Source: a virus (Duplodnaviria > Caudoviricetes). From it: 26,994 nucleotides of DNA. This document shows positions 15,585 to 24,313 of this stretch, piece by piece. Every line of letters begins with the position of its first letter. The stretch's first letter is position 1. Position numbers and translations under genes: made by a program. Below the pieces are notes generated by a model. That model made no database searches and had not been told where the DNA came from. It saw only the letters and a program-made list of their open reading frames with translations. The DNA is taken from positions 1-26,994 of IMG/VR virus record IMGVR_UViG_3300027749_000427; one strand, 5' to 3'.

Positions 15585-16589
15585 ATGAGATATTCAGACA
15601 TACTCCAATCCTGCCTTGCCAACTTCGCCAAGGGTAACCAACTTGTACCCAACATCGAGGGCCGCCCGGGCGGCGGCAAGTCCACACTTGCACGGGAGAT
15701 CATCTCCCAGCTTGGCATCAGACCTGAGCGTATCACCGAGTTCAATCCATCATTGCGTGACCCCGTGGACATCATGGGTGTGCCTCGCACCGATGGCGAT
15801 GTAGCCAAGTGGATACCGATGCCTGAGTTCTATCGTATCCGTGACGATGGGACTGACGAGCCTTGTGCGCTAATCATCGAGGAGTTATCCGATGCGCCGA
15901 TGCCGATGCAAAATCCCATGTGCCGAGTTATCTTGGACAGACACGCGGGCGAATTGCAGTTGCACCGCAAGCTACACATCATTGCTTCAGGTAATCGTAC
16001 AGAGGACAAGTCTGGGGCTACCCGCATGAGTACCAAGCTAGGCAATCGTATGCAGACGCTGACCTTCGACGAGAATCTTGACGACTGGTGCTTGTGGGCA
16101 TTCGACAAGGGCATCGACCTAAAGATCATTCAGTTCCTGCGCTTCAAGCCAGCGTTGCTGTCTGACTTTGACCCCAATCGCAAGATCAACCCCACACCAC
16201 GTTCTTGGGCAATGGCTAACGATGTTGAGGAGACGCTGCCCACTGACTTGTACTTTGCCAATGTGGCTGGGTGCGTAGGCGAGGGTGCTGCTGCCGAGTA
16301 CACAGGGTTCAAGCGTATCTTCGAATCGTTACCCAACATAGATTCGCTGCTTATGAATCCAAGCAAGGCAGAGGTTCCTACTGACCCTGCGGTGCGCTAT
16401 GCGTTGGCTGGTGCAATCGCTCATCGTACTACCAAGGACAACTTTGACCGATGCATGGAGTTCATCGAGCGTATGCCATCTGACTTTCAGACTATGTACA
16501 TCATGGATGCGATGCGTCAGGATGCTTCGGTGCGCAACACCAAGGCGTATGTCAAGTGGACTGTGGCTAACGGCAATACTTATCTGTAA
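15585..16589 (+). CDS. MoxR-like (AAA_5) AAA+ ATPase
   Basis: Walker A GRPGGGKS, Walker B variant LIIEEL, sensor I ASGN, Arg finger LGNRM, sensor II PTPRSW. Confidence 0.88.
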   Translation: MRYSDILQSCLANFAKGNQLVPNIEGRPGGGKSTLAREIISQLGIRPERITEFNPSLRDPVDIMGVPRTDGDVAKWIPMPEFYRIRDDGTDEPCALIIEELSDAPMPMQNPMCRVILDRHAGELQLHRKLHIIASGNRTEDKSGATRMSTKLGNRMQTLTFDENLDDWCLWAFDKGIDLKIIQFLRFKPALLSDFDPNRKINPTPRSWAMANDVEETLPTDLYFANVAGCVGEGAAAEYTGFKRIFESLPNIDSLLMNPSKAEVPTDPAVRYALAGAIAHRTTKDNFDRCMEFIERMPSDFQTMYIMDAMRQDASVRNTKAYVKWTVANGNTYL

Positions 16590-16609
16590 CAACCAAGGAG
16601 AACATCATC

Positions 16610-17485
16610 ATGGAACTTAACGTCACCCCTCTCAATGCCAAAGCGATGCTGGTCAAGCTGACTGTGCGTAGGGCTAACCTATCACGGCGCGACACTGTGG
16701 CTGAATCGTTCGTGCAGAATCAACTGGACGACACATCCCTGATCGTGAGCAGCAAGCTGTTCCGCGACAAGTCCAACCCCATCAACCAGCTTATGACCAA
16801 GGTCAGCGAGGTATACACCAAGCACAAGGAGAACACACTACCCTACGTGGACAAGGGGCCGCGCATACTGCCGAACGTACAGTACTTCGATTACTCTAGC
16901 TTAATGCGTAGTGTCATTGCAGTGGTGGACAACATGAAGGCATTGCATATGCCTAACTACGACAAGTATGTGCAGCTTGATATCCAACAGCGCAGCATGG
17001 GCACTAACAGTAGGGCCACACTTGAAGACTACCCTACGGCGGAGGAGTTCGAATCCCGCATCGGGTTCGACTTGAGGTTCAGCCCGTTACCAGACGCCAG
17101 CCACTTCTTGTTCGATATCAGCGACGAGGACAAGTCAGCCTTCACCGACATGATGGCAACTGTCGAGCAGAGCGCACGCAACGAGACTATCAAGATGATG
17201 CTTGAGCCACTAGGTCACTTGGTAGAGAAACTGAACAAGCCCATTGGCACTGAGGGTTCTATCTTCCGTGAGTCTGCTATTGAGAACGTAATAGACAACA
17301 TCAACCGTGCCAAGAAGCTGAACGTGTCTGACGACCCTGAGATCACGACGATGATTAATACCTTGTCGTCCGCAGTGAACGTGTATACAGGCACTAACGT
17401 ACTACGCGAGTCGCCCATCGTGCGGGAGCAGGCTGCCAAGAAGTTAGATGAGATCGCACGTCAGATGGGAGCGCTGTACCGATGA
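16610..17485 (+). CDS. DUF3150-like helical protein
   Basis: 291 aa; TLPYxDKGPRILP, DYPTAEE and LNVSDDPE motifs; typical neighbour of phage AAA/VWA pairs. Confidence 0.6.
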   Translation: MELNVTPLNAKAMLVKLTVRRANLSRRDTVAESFVQNQLDDTSLIVSSKLFRDKSNPINQLMTKVSEVYTKHKENTLPYVDKGPRILPNVQYFDYSSLMRSVIAVVDNMKALHMPNYDKYVQLDIQQRSMGTNSRATLEDYPTAEEFESRIGFDLRFSPLPDASHFLFDISDEDKSAFTDMMATVEQSARNETIKMMLEPLGHLVEKLNKPIGTEGSIFRESAIENVIDNINRAKKLNVSDDPEITTMINTLSSAVNVYTGTNVLRESPIVREQAAKKLDEIARQMGALYR

Positions 17486-17703
17486 TTACTCTATCTGAGT
17501 TGGAACTGGTGCTGCTTATCGCAGTCACTGTCTTGGGCTTTGTTGTGTATTGGCAGTGGCGTGAGATGGAGGCAATGCGAGAGTTAGGGATACACCTGAT
17601 GGATGCCATGCGTGGTGTCGCTGACAATACATTGAGCATCAAGCGGGATGCGTCAGGCAACATTGAGGTTAACAAACTAAAGGAGAAACCAAATGGCAAT
17701 TAA
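17482..17703 (+). CDS. Small single-pass membrane protein
   Basis: LVLLIAVTVLGFVVYW hydrophobic segment; overlaps both neighbours. Confidence 0.7.
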   Translation: MITLSELELVLLIAVTVLGFVVYWQWREMEAMRELGIHLMDAMRGVADNTLSIKRDASGNIEVNKLKEKPNGN

Positions 17704-18814
17704 GAAGGCAAGTAACATGGACAAGGCGCGGTCACTGATCGTGCTTGACTATCCATTCGTGGCGAGCATCCTGCTTCGTCGTCCGTTCATTGAGACTAGG
17801 GAAGTGCCTACGCTGGCGGTAGATGGCAAGATGCGTATTTACTTCAACCCTGACTTCGTGGCTACGCTTACTGTGCAGCAGCTTGTGTGGGGCTTATGCC
17901 ATGAGGTGTTTCATATCGTAGGTCAGCACGCACTGCGTGTAGGTACACGTAACCACAAGAAGTGGAACTGGGCTGGTGATGCGTGGATTAACGATACGCT
18001 TGACGAGGCCAAGATGGGCGAGCGTATACCGGGCTGCGTAGATATGCCGGGCTCCAAGGATGACACTGTAGAGAATATCTACGACTCACTGCCTGACGAT
18101 GACGGTGGTGGTAGCGGTGGCCTTGGTAACGATGTCCACTTTACCGATGGCGTTGGTGATGGCAGCAAGCAGATGACCAAGGATGAGGTGCGTACTGTCA
18201 GTGGTGAGATCAAGGTGCAGATAGCCGAGGCTGCGCAGGCTGCCAAGATGCAGGGTAAGTTATCAGGCAGGCTGGCTGAGATCGTTGCAGAGGTGCTGGA
18301 TGTCAAGACACCTTGGTACGACATCGTTGAGAAGTATATGACTAGCTGTGTGCGGCAGGGTCAGTCATGGCGGCGTCCTAACAAGCGGTACACCGATGTG
18401 TACTTGCCCAGCGTAGATAAGCTACCACAGATGGGCGCACTTGTTGTGCAAGTTGATGTGTCTGGATCGGTGTCCAAGCGCGAGTTAGATTACTACAACG
18501 GTCACCTATCACGCATCATCGAGCAGACGCGACCTGAGAGCGTTCATGTTCTGTACACCGACACACAGGTTGTACGTCACGACGAGTTCGAGTGCGGCGA
18601 GGAGGTCAAGCTAGAGTTCTATTCGGGTGGTGGTACGCATATGCCAGCAGGGTTCGACTACTGCGCTGAGCATGGCATCGAGCCTGAGTTGTTCGTGTGC
18701 TTGACCGATGGCTACACCGACTTTGGCAATGACCCCGGCTATCCCGTGGTGTGGTGTATCAGCAGCGATGTTGTAGCCCCGCATGGCGAGAACGTACACT
18801 TTGAGATGGAGTAA
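17693..18814 (+). CDS. DUF2201-type putative metallopeptidase with VWA-like domain
   Basis: HEVFH (HExxH) zinc motif, G/D-rich linker, SWRRPNKR, MIDAS VDVSGS, GGGT, LTDGY. Confidence 0.88.
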   Translation: MAIKKASNMDKARSLIVLDYPFVASILLRRPFIETREVPTLAVDGKMRIYFNPDFVATLTVQQLVWGLCHEVFHIVGQHALRVGTRNHKKWNWAGDAWINDTLDEAKMGERIPGCVDMPGSKDDTVENIYDSLPDDDGGGSGGLGNDVHFTDGVGDGSKQMTKDEVRTVSGEIKVQIAEAAQAAKMQGKLSGRLAEIVAEVLDVKTPWYDIVEKYMTSCVRQGQSWRRPNKRYTDVYLPSVDKLPQMGALVVQVDVSGSVSKRELDYYNGHLSRIIEQTRPESVHVLYTDTQVVRHDEFECGEEVKLEFYSGGGTHMPAGFDYCAEHGIEPELFVCLTDGYTDFGNDPGYPVVWCISSDVVAPHGENVHFEME

Positions 18815-18817
18815 GGT

Positions 18818-19162
18818 ATGGACAAGATCGAGGCGCTGGTCAAAGTGTCAGCGCGACTTGGTATGTTCGACCAGCTTGCCAAGGGAATGCTTGAGTTCGC
18901 ACCCTCCACAGTTAGGTTTGACATCCACAATGTTAACTACGAAGACCCGACAGGAGACGATGCAATTCTTGTGTTTCGCATTGGGCTTGGGCTTTGTAAT
19001 TCGCCGCATCTAAGCGAGTTTCATAACCACACTTGGCGTATGAGGTCACCCAATACGCTTTTAGAAATTTACAAAAGAGAAGCAGTGAAGGCAGGGTTAG
19101 CAGAATTACGTAGACACATAGAAAAAAGGAGTAAGAATGCAATACGCAAAGAACCACATTGA
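18818..19162 (+). CDS. Hypothetical protein
   Basis: 114 aa in operon orientation, tight spacing. Confidence 0.65.
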   Translation: MDKIEALVKVSARLGMFDQLAKGMLEFAPSTVRFDIHNVNYEDPTGDDAILVFRIGLGLCNSPHLSEFHNHTWRMRSPNTLLEIYKREAVKAGLAELRRHIEKRSKNAIRKEPH

Positions 19163-19700
19163 CAAATACCGTGATGTGCTTGTAGGGTGGGAGGACTGGA
19201 GCGAACACATACAGGAGGACTTCAAGGTAGAGATGCTTAAGATAGGAATTGCTGTGGAGCAAATCTTCTATTCCCTACACGGCGGACAGGGTGACGGGGT
19301 AAGCTACGAAGGGCGTATCAGTAATTGGGGTTTATACCTATTGCACCTAGGGTATGACGACCCGATACTACATAGACTTGCTTCTCTCAACTGGAACTTA
19401 GTATGGAAGCAATCAGGGCGTTACACCAATGAGCGCAGTGTGACTTACGACGACGACATTTGGTACGGCATCAACCCTTACGATGAGGATGAGACACCGA
19501 TAAGGCACGACACATGGCGTAACGTGATGAACACGTTTGATTTACTTGGCATATCTGAAGAAATAAAGGAGGACTTACGAAAAGGCATGAAGGGGTTATA
19601 TAGAAAGCTGCTTGAGGAATACGATCACTTGACCAGCGACGAGGTAGTATCTGAATGGATGAATAGCAACGACATCGAACTTACTGAATTGGAGAATTAA
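19137..19700 (+). CDS. Hypothetical protein with QGDG motif (family often annotated as antitoxin-like)
   Basis: IFYSLHGGQGDGVSYEG and LYRKLLEEYDHLTSDEVV motifs; RBS AAGGAG. Confidence 0.6.
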   Translation: MQYAKNHIDKYRDVLVGWEDWSEHIQEDFKVEMLKIGIAVEQIFYSLHGGQGDGVSYEGRISNWGLYLLHLGYDDPILHRLASLNWNLVWKQSGRYTNERSVTYDDDIWYGINPYDEDETPIRHDTWRNVMNTFDLLGISEEIKEDLRKGMKGLYRKLLEEYDHLTSDEVVSEWMNSNDIELTELEN

Positions 19701-19701
19701 T

Positions 19702-20361
19702 ATGGCATACGTAGGAATATCCGGCGACTTTATACAAGCAGTTAAACGTGAAATATCACGAATGCAAGATGCTGAACAGAATGCATTTATTGAGCCTGAG
19801 CGCGAGGTGAATTTAAATGAAGCACCGCATGATATTGTGCAGCTTGTATGGGGTCAGTACATTGGCTTGAGAGATCAAATGCCAAAAGAGTGGCTAATTG
19901 AAGCTAACTCAGTGGATATGCGAGTTAAGCTTGAGCATGAGGGCGAGAAGTGTGACTCAATGTACACCGTAAAGTTTACTGCACCCATGCTGAGCCCACC
20001 GGGATACTCTAGGTATCGTCACGATATCTATGTTGCAGAGGATGCGTACCCACCCATGGCGGCTGTTGTTAAGCACACAAGGGAGATGATGGAGATCAGG
20101 GTGCGGTGGAAGAAAGTTAATAGGCAGATCGTTGACTTCTTGCAGTCGTGTAAGTCACTTAATGAGGCACTCAAGCTATGGCCTGCTGTTAGTGTCTATA
20201 TACCTAAGACGTACTTAGATCGTGTCGAGCGTAAGGTTGAGCGCGAGGTGAAGGTAAGCGCAGCGCAGCAAGCCTTGGCTGGTGTGGATACTGACGCAGC
20301 GATTGCAGCGGCTACGACTGCACGATTCATGTCTACTGCACAGGGGACTTTCAATGTCTGA
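19702..20361 (+). CDS. Nmad5-like (nucleotide-modification-associated domain 5) protein
   Basis: C-terminal FLQSCKSLNEALKLWPAVSVYIP resembles the Nmad5 conserved block. Confidence 0.55.
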   Translation: MAYVGISGDFIQAVKREISRMQDAEQNAFIEPEREVNLNEAPHDIVQLVWGQYIGLRDQMPKEWLIEANSVDMRVKLEHEGEKCDSMYTVKFTAPMLSPPGYSRYRHDIYVAEDAYPPMAAVVKHTREMMEIRVRWKKVNRQIVDFLQSCKSLNEALKLWPAVSVYIPKTYLDRVERKVEREVKVSAAQQALAGVDTDAAIAAATTARFMSTAQGTFNV

Positions 20362-20503
20362 AGCTGATGCCAAAGAGTTGTTCGAACTGATTGACATCAT
20401 GAACGAACGGCTGACAAGGATTGAGTCCCGCCTTGTTCAGCTTATGTTGCACTTGGGACTTGACCCACAAAGGAAACACTATGGACAAAAAAGATATCCC
20501 TAA
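20354..20503 (+). CDS. Small coiled-coil protein
   Basis: MSEADAKELFELIDIMNERLTRIESRLVQLMLHLGLDP; RBS AGGGG; start reassigned to ATG 20354. Confidence 0.65.
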   Translation: MSEADAKELFELIDIMNERLTRIESRLVQLMLHLGLDPQRKHYGQKRYP

Positions 20504-20654
20504 CTTCGCCGCTTGGACTAACAAGAACTTGGCTGACTTCTGCACAGAAGCGTACCTACGTATGCAAGAGCAGCAAGAAGCCTTGGAGCAAGCGCAAGGG
20601 AACTTCAAGGACGCAATGAACGAACTTCGCAAGAAGATAGTAAAAGGTGACTAA
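20481..20654 (+). CDS. Hypothetical protein
   Basis: MDKKDIPNFAAWTNKNLADFCTEAY...; RBS AAGGA; start reassigned. Confidence 0.7.
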   Translation: MDKKDIPNFAAWTNKNLADFCTEAYLRMQEQQEALEQAQGNFKDAMNELRKKIVKGD

Positions 20655-20656
20655 TC

Positions 20657-21175
20657 ATGACTTCAATACAAACTGCACTAAAGAAAGTAATCCCTATGAT
20701 GCAACTTAATAACCTAACTTTCGATGACGACGTAGGCACTACGACTGCTGCTCCCGAAGTGGTAGTAGAGGGTAAGGTCAACGTGATGCAAACCTTGTGG
20801 GCGTTTATCAGGAGTAAGACTGGTGTATCAACCAAAGAGATTGAGGCAGCGTTCCCTCAGTATTCTAAGGGTGTAGCGACACGACTTAACCAGCTACTTG
20901 GCTCAGGTAAGGTTATCCGTAACGAGGATAGCAATGGGGTACGCAAGTGGTATGCCGTGGGTGATGTATACCCGATTGTGTATGCTAAAGGTAGACCCAA
21001 GGGTGCGCTTAACAAGAAGGTCAAGAAAGTCAAGAAGGTAGTACAGCCGCGCACCTATCATGCCGCGCCTGCTGTTAAACGCGACCCTGCCTTTGATGTC
21101 AATGCATTCATTGAAAATTTGACCATACTGCAAGCCAAAGAACTGCGCGACAAACTCAACCAATTCTTTAAGTGA
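20657..21175 (+). CDS. Putative winged-HTH DNA-binding protein
   Basis: LWAFIRSKTGVSTKEI...VATRLNQLLGSGKVIR...RKWY pattern plus K-rich GRPKG segment. Confidence 0.6.
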   Translation: MTSIQTALKKVIPMMQLNNLTFDDDVGTTTAAPEVVVEGKVNVMQTLWAFIRSKTGVSTKEIEAAFPQYSKGVATRLNQLLGSGKVIRNEDSNGVRKWYAVGDVYPIVYAKGRPKGALNKKVKKVKKVVQPRTYHAAPAVKRDPAFDVNAFIENLTILQAKELRDKLNQFFK

Positions 21176-21182
21176 GGACTAC

Positions 21183-21377
21183 ATGACCAAGTTAATGGAA
21201 CTACTCAGGGAGCCATTCAAAAGACCGACCCCGTTGGAGTTGATTGCCACTGAACTAGCTGATGCACATATGGAAAAGCTAAACGCCGAGACAGCGGTGG
21301 AGTATGCGCAGAGCATCGTTGATTACAACACTACCCGTATTGAACGACTTAACACACGAATCGAGGAGTACAAATGA
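21183..21377 (+). CDS. Hypothetical helical protein
   Basis: 64 aa, RBS GAGGA. Confidence 0.75.
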   Translation: MTKLMELLREPFKRPTPLELIATELADAHMEKLNAETAVEYAQSIVDYNTTRIERLNTRIEEYK

Positions 21378-21460
21378 GAAATGAAACGATTGATGAAACG
21401 ATCAATGCAACGATTGCCAAGCAATATACCGACTGGCACATCAAGGAGAGAATCAAATGA
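21374..21460 (+). CDS. 28-aa micro-protein with 12-bp tandem repeat
   Basis: RBS GAGGAG, ATGA overlaps at both ends; MRNETIDETINATIAKQYTDWHIKERIK. Confidence 0.55.
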   Translation: MRNETIDETINATIAKQYTDWHIKERIK

Positions 21461-21669
21461 CCCAATGTTGTGACGCTAATGGGAACTGCACCCAAGGCGC
21501 AGACTGCGCGATACGCAAACAGAAAGTGGTCAATGATGCCTACATCAATGGCAAGCCTGACACTAATCCCTACGATGACACGCTAGGTACATTTAAAGAA
21601 CTAATCACTGTGATTATTGTTGTGGCGTGTATCACGCTGCTGGCTTATGTTGTATGGGGGAAGCTATGA
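21457..21669 (+). CDS. Small Cys-rich membrane-anchored protein
   Basis: CCDANGNCTQGADC N-terminus and C-terminal hydrophobic helix. Confidence 0.75.
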   Translation: MTQCCDANGNCTQGADCAIRKQKVVNDAYINGKPDTNPYDDTLGTFKELITVIIVVACITLLAYVVWGKL

Positions 21670-21875
21670 CTGGATTTAAATCAAAGAAGGCAGCGGCGCA
21701 GGAACTTGTGGAGGATGTGGTTGAGTATTTTGCTGATGGGACAAGGATTGTTCGTATTGCAGCCCAGCGCCCTTGGGTTGACCTGACAGATGAGGAGATT
21801 GATAAGTGGACACCCGAAATTCATGGGGTCATCCGCGAAGTGATTGCTCAATTCAAGGAGAAGAACAATGGTTGA
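21666..21875 (+). CDS. Hypothetical protein (QRPWVDLTDEEI...KEKN module)
   Basis: Start at ATG 21666 (ATGA overlap); ends KEKNNG. Confidence 0.7.
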   Translation: MTGFKSKKAAAQELVEDVVEYFADGTRIVRIAAQRPWVDLTDEEIDKWTPEIHGVIREVIAQFKEKNNG

Positions 21876-22053
21876 CAACAAAGCACAGCCTGAACAATCT
21901 GAATGGAAATGTTACTTGTTTGGCAACACGCCACAAGACAACACAGGCGTTGTTTGGATTCCGATTAAAGGGCAAGAACCAAACCAATTTGTGCGTTGGA
22001 TGATGAAAGTATGTTTTGCTTGTATTTGGGTTAAGGAGAAAAACAATGGATGA
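21868..22053 (+). CDS. Hypothetical protein
   Basis: Start at ATG 21868 with RBS AAGGAG; also ends KEKNNG. Confidence 0.7.
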   Translation: MVDNKAQPEQSEWKCYLFGNTPQDNTGVVWIPIKGQEPNQFVRWMMKVCFACIWVKEKNNG

Positions 22054-22234
22054 TGATGACGATACACAGGTCTACAAAGACCACGGCGATGCGCTAACTA
22101 TTGCGTATCAAAGCGGCTATCACGATGGTAAAAAAGCAGCATTGGCTGGGCGGGAGCGTAACTTCTGCGAACGCTGCGGCAAACGCACGGCAGATTTGAC
22201 AACGATACACACTTGCACACCACCACATGCGTAA
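22046..22234 (+). CDS. Small protein with CxxC...HxC putative Zn finger
   Basis: MDDDDDTQVY...AYQSGYHDG...NFCERCGKR...IHTCTPP. Confidence 0.7.
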   Translation: MDDDDDTQVYKDHGDALTIAYQSGYHDGKKAALAGRERNFCERCGKRTADLTTIHTCTPPHA

Positions 22235-22478
22235 ATCCAACCATTACGCAGTAAGGATGCTGCTACAAAAGTACCCTGATGGGCTGACCGTATGTGACAT
22301 AGCCGAGCGACTGGAGAAAAGTACTACTTCTAGCAGACGTGCGCTGTTGGGGATGCCCGATGCGTACATAGACAGATGGACAGCCCATAGGAAACAATGG
22401 GTTGCTGTGTGGTGCGTAGTAGTACCGCCGCAAAACTGCCCTAAACCAAACCAAAAACCAAACCAAAAACCAAAATGA
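22227..22478 (+). CDS. HTH-like protein coupled to DNA polymerase
   Basis: LLQKYPDGLTVCDIAERL pattern; C-terminal KPNQ repeat; ATGA overlap with pol. Confidence 0.65.
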   Translation: MRKSNHYAVRMLLQKYPDGLTVCDIAERLEKSTTSSRRALLGMPDAYIDRWTAHRKQWVAVWCVVVPPQNCPKPNQKPNQKPK

Positions 22479-24310
22479 AGTTACTCACACTGGACTTTGA
22501 AACCTACTACGCTAGGGACTTTAGTCTATCTAAGATGACCACGGAAGCCTATATACGCGACCCGCAATTCCAAGTTATTGGCTTTGGGTACAAGGTAGAT
22601 GACGAAGAACCTGTATGGGTAACCGGCTCAGATACGCACATCCACATGGCACTCGCCGCGCTGGACATTGAAAGCTGCTATCTAGTTGCGCACAACATGG
22701 CATTTGATGGGGCAATTCTTGCATGGCATTACGGCATTCGCCCAAAGTTCTACATCGACACGCTATCAATGGCACGACCTATCACGGGTCAAACTGTCGG
22801 CGGCTCACTGGCTAAGCTGGCTACTAAGTTCAATCTTGGCGCTAAAGGCACGGAAGTTGTAAATGCGATGGGGCTGCGGCGTGAGGACTTCCCACCCATG
22901 CAGCTAGATCAATATGGCGAGTACTGCAAGAACGATGTTCAGATTTGCTGGAACCTGTATCACATACTCAAGCAATGGAACCCGCCAAAGGAGTTATACA
23001 TACAGGACTTGATGGTGCGTATGTTCATTGACCCCGTGCTGGAGTTAGATGAGGCTGAGTTGCAGTGCCACTTGACCAATGTACAGAACAATAAGGCCAA
23101 GCTGATGGCGCGTATCGACCAGTCTATTGGGCGTGATGCGTTGATGTCTAACCCCAAATTCGCTGAGGTACTGACTAAGCTGGGCGTTGAGCCGCCAATG
23201 AAAGTCAGCCTGCGTACTGAGAAGGAGACGTTCGCGTTTGGGAAGACAGACCCCGGCTTTAAGGCGCTACTTGAGCACCACGACCCCCGCGTCCAAGCAG
23301 TAGTTTCTGCCCGACTTGGTATCAAGTCTACCCTTGAGGAGACACGAACTGAAAGCTTTATTGGGATATCGCAGCGTGGGCCGCTGCCCATACTACTGAA
23401 CTACTGGGGCGCACACACTGGGCGTGCATCCGGTGGAGATAAGATGAACTTGCAGAACTTGCCGCGTGCAGGTGCGCTACGTAGGTCAATTAAGCCACCA
23501 AAGGGACACAAAGTTGTAGCTTGTGACTCAAGTCAGATTGAAGCCCGGGTGGTTGCCGGACTTGCTAACCAGCGGGACTTGCTCACTGCCTTTGCGCGGG
23601 GTGACGACATCTACTCTGAGTTTGCGTCCGATGTATACAGACGCCCGATTAGCAAGGAGAACAAGGTTGAGCGCTTTGTGGGTAAGACCTGTATCCTTGG
23701 ACTTGGCTACGGCATGGGGCATGAGAAGTTCCGAGCGACCCTCAAGGCTGGCGCTGGCGGTATATCCGTGGACGTTAGCGAAGAAGAAGCGAAGCGTATC
23801 GTCAACTTGTACAGATTAAAGTACAGCCATATCGCTGAGTTGTGGAGCCATGGGCAAAATGCGTTGAAGGTAATGGCGACAGGGTATGTAGGTACGTTCA
23901 GGTATTTACAAGTAGATGCCGATGGCGTGTACCTACCAAACCGCACGATGGTGCGCTACGCAAACCTACGCAAAGAAGCCGATCAGTTTGTGTACGATGG
24001 GCGCTATGGCCCTGTGAAAATCTACGGCGGTAAGTTTGTAGAGAATGTGGTGCAAGCCCTTGCCAAGATCATCGTGTTTGAGCAGATGGCACGTATCGAG
24101 CAGATACTGCGCCCGATGGATACACCTGATGCACGGCATCGCGTGGTGCTCACTGTTCACGATGAAGTTGTATGCGTTGTCCCTGATGAGAAAGCTGACT
24201 GGGCGCTGGCGATGATGACTGAGCAGATGAAGCGTCCCCCCAATTGGGCGACAGCCATACCCATATCCTGTGAAGGCGGTATTGGGGAAAATTACGGTGA
24301 TGCAAAATGA
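22475..24310 (+). CDS. DNA polymerase family A with 3'-5' exonuclease domain
   Basis: ExoI LDFETY, ExoII AHNMAFD, ExoIII YCKNDV; HTGR, NLQNLP, motif A DSSQIEARV, motif B RFVGKTCILGLGYG, motif C VHDE. No 5'-3' exonuclease domain. Confidence 0.95.
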   Translation: MKLLTLDFETYYARDFSLSKMTTEAYIRDPQFQVIGFGYKVDDEEPVWVTGSDTHIHMALAALDIESCYLVAHNMAFDGAILAWHYGIRPKFYIDTLSMARPITGQTVGGSLAKLATKFNLGAKGTEVVNAMGLRREDFPPMQLDQYGEYCKNDVQICWNLYHILKQWNPPKELYIQDLMVRMFIDPVLELDEAELQCHLTNVQNNKAKLMARIDQSIGRDALMSNPKFAEVLTKLGVEPPMKVSLRTEKETFAFGKTDPGFKALLEHHDPRVQAVVSARLGIKSTLEETRTESFIGISQRGPLPILLNYWGAHTGRASGGDKMNLQNLPRAGALRRSIKPPKGHKVVACDSSQIEARVVAGLANQRDLLTAFARGDDIYSEFASDVYRRPISKENKVERFVGKTCILGLGYGMGHEKFRATLKAGAGGISVDVSEEEAKRIVNLYRLKYSHIAELWSHGQNALKVMATGYVGTFRYLQVDADGVYLPNRTMVRYANLRKEADQFVYDGRYGPVKIYGGKFVENVVQALAKIIVFEQMARIEQILRPMDTPDARHRVVLTVHDEVVCVVPDEKADWALAMMTEQMKRPPNWATAIPISCEGGIGENYGDAK

Positions 24311-24313
24311 TGC

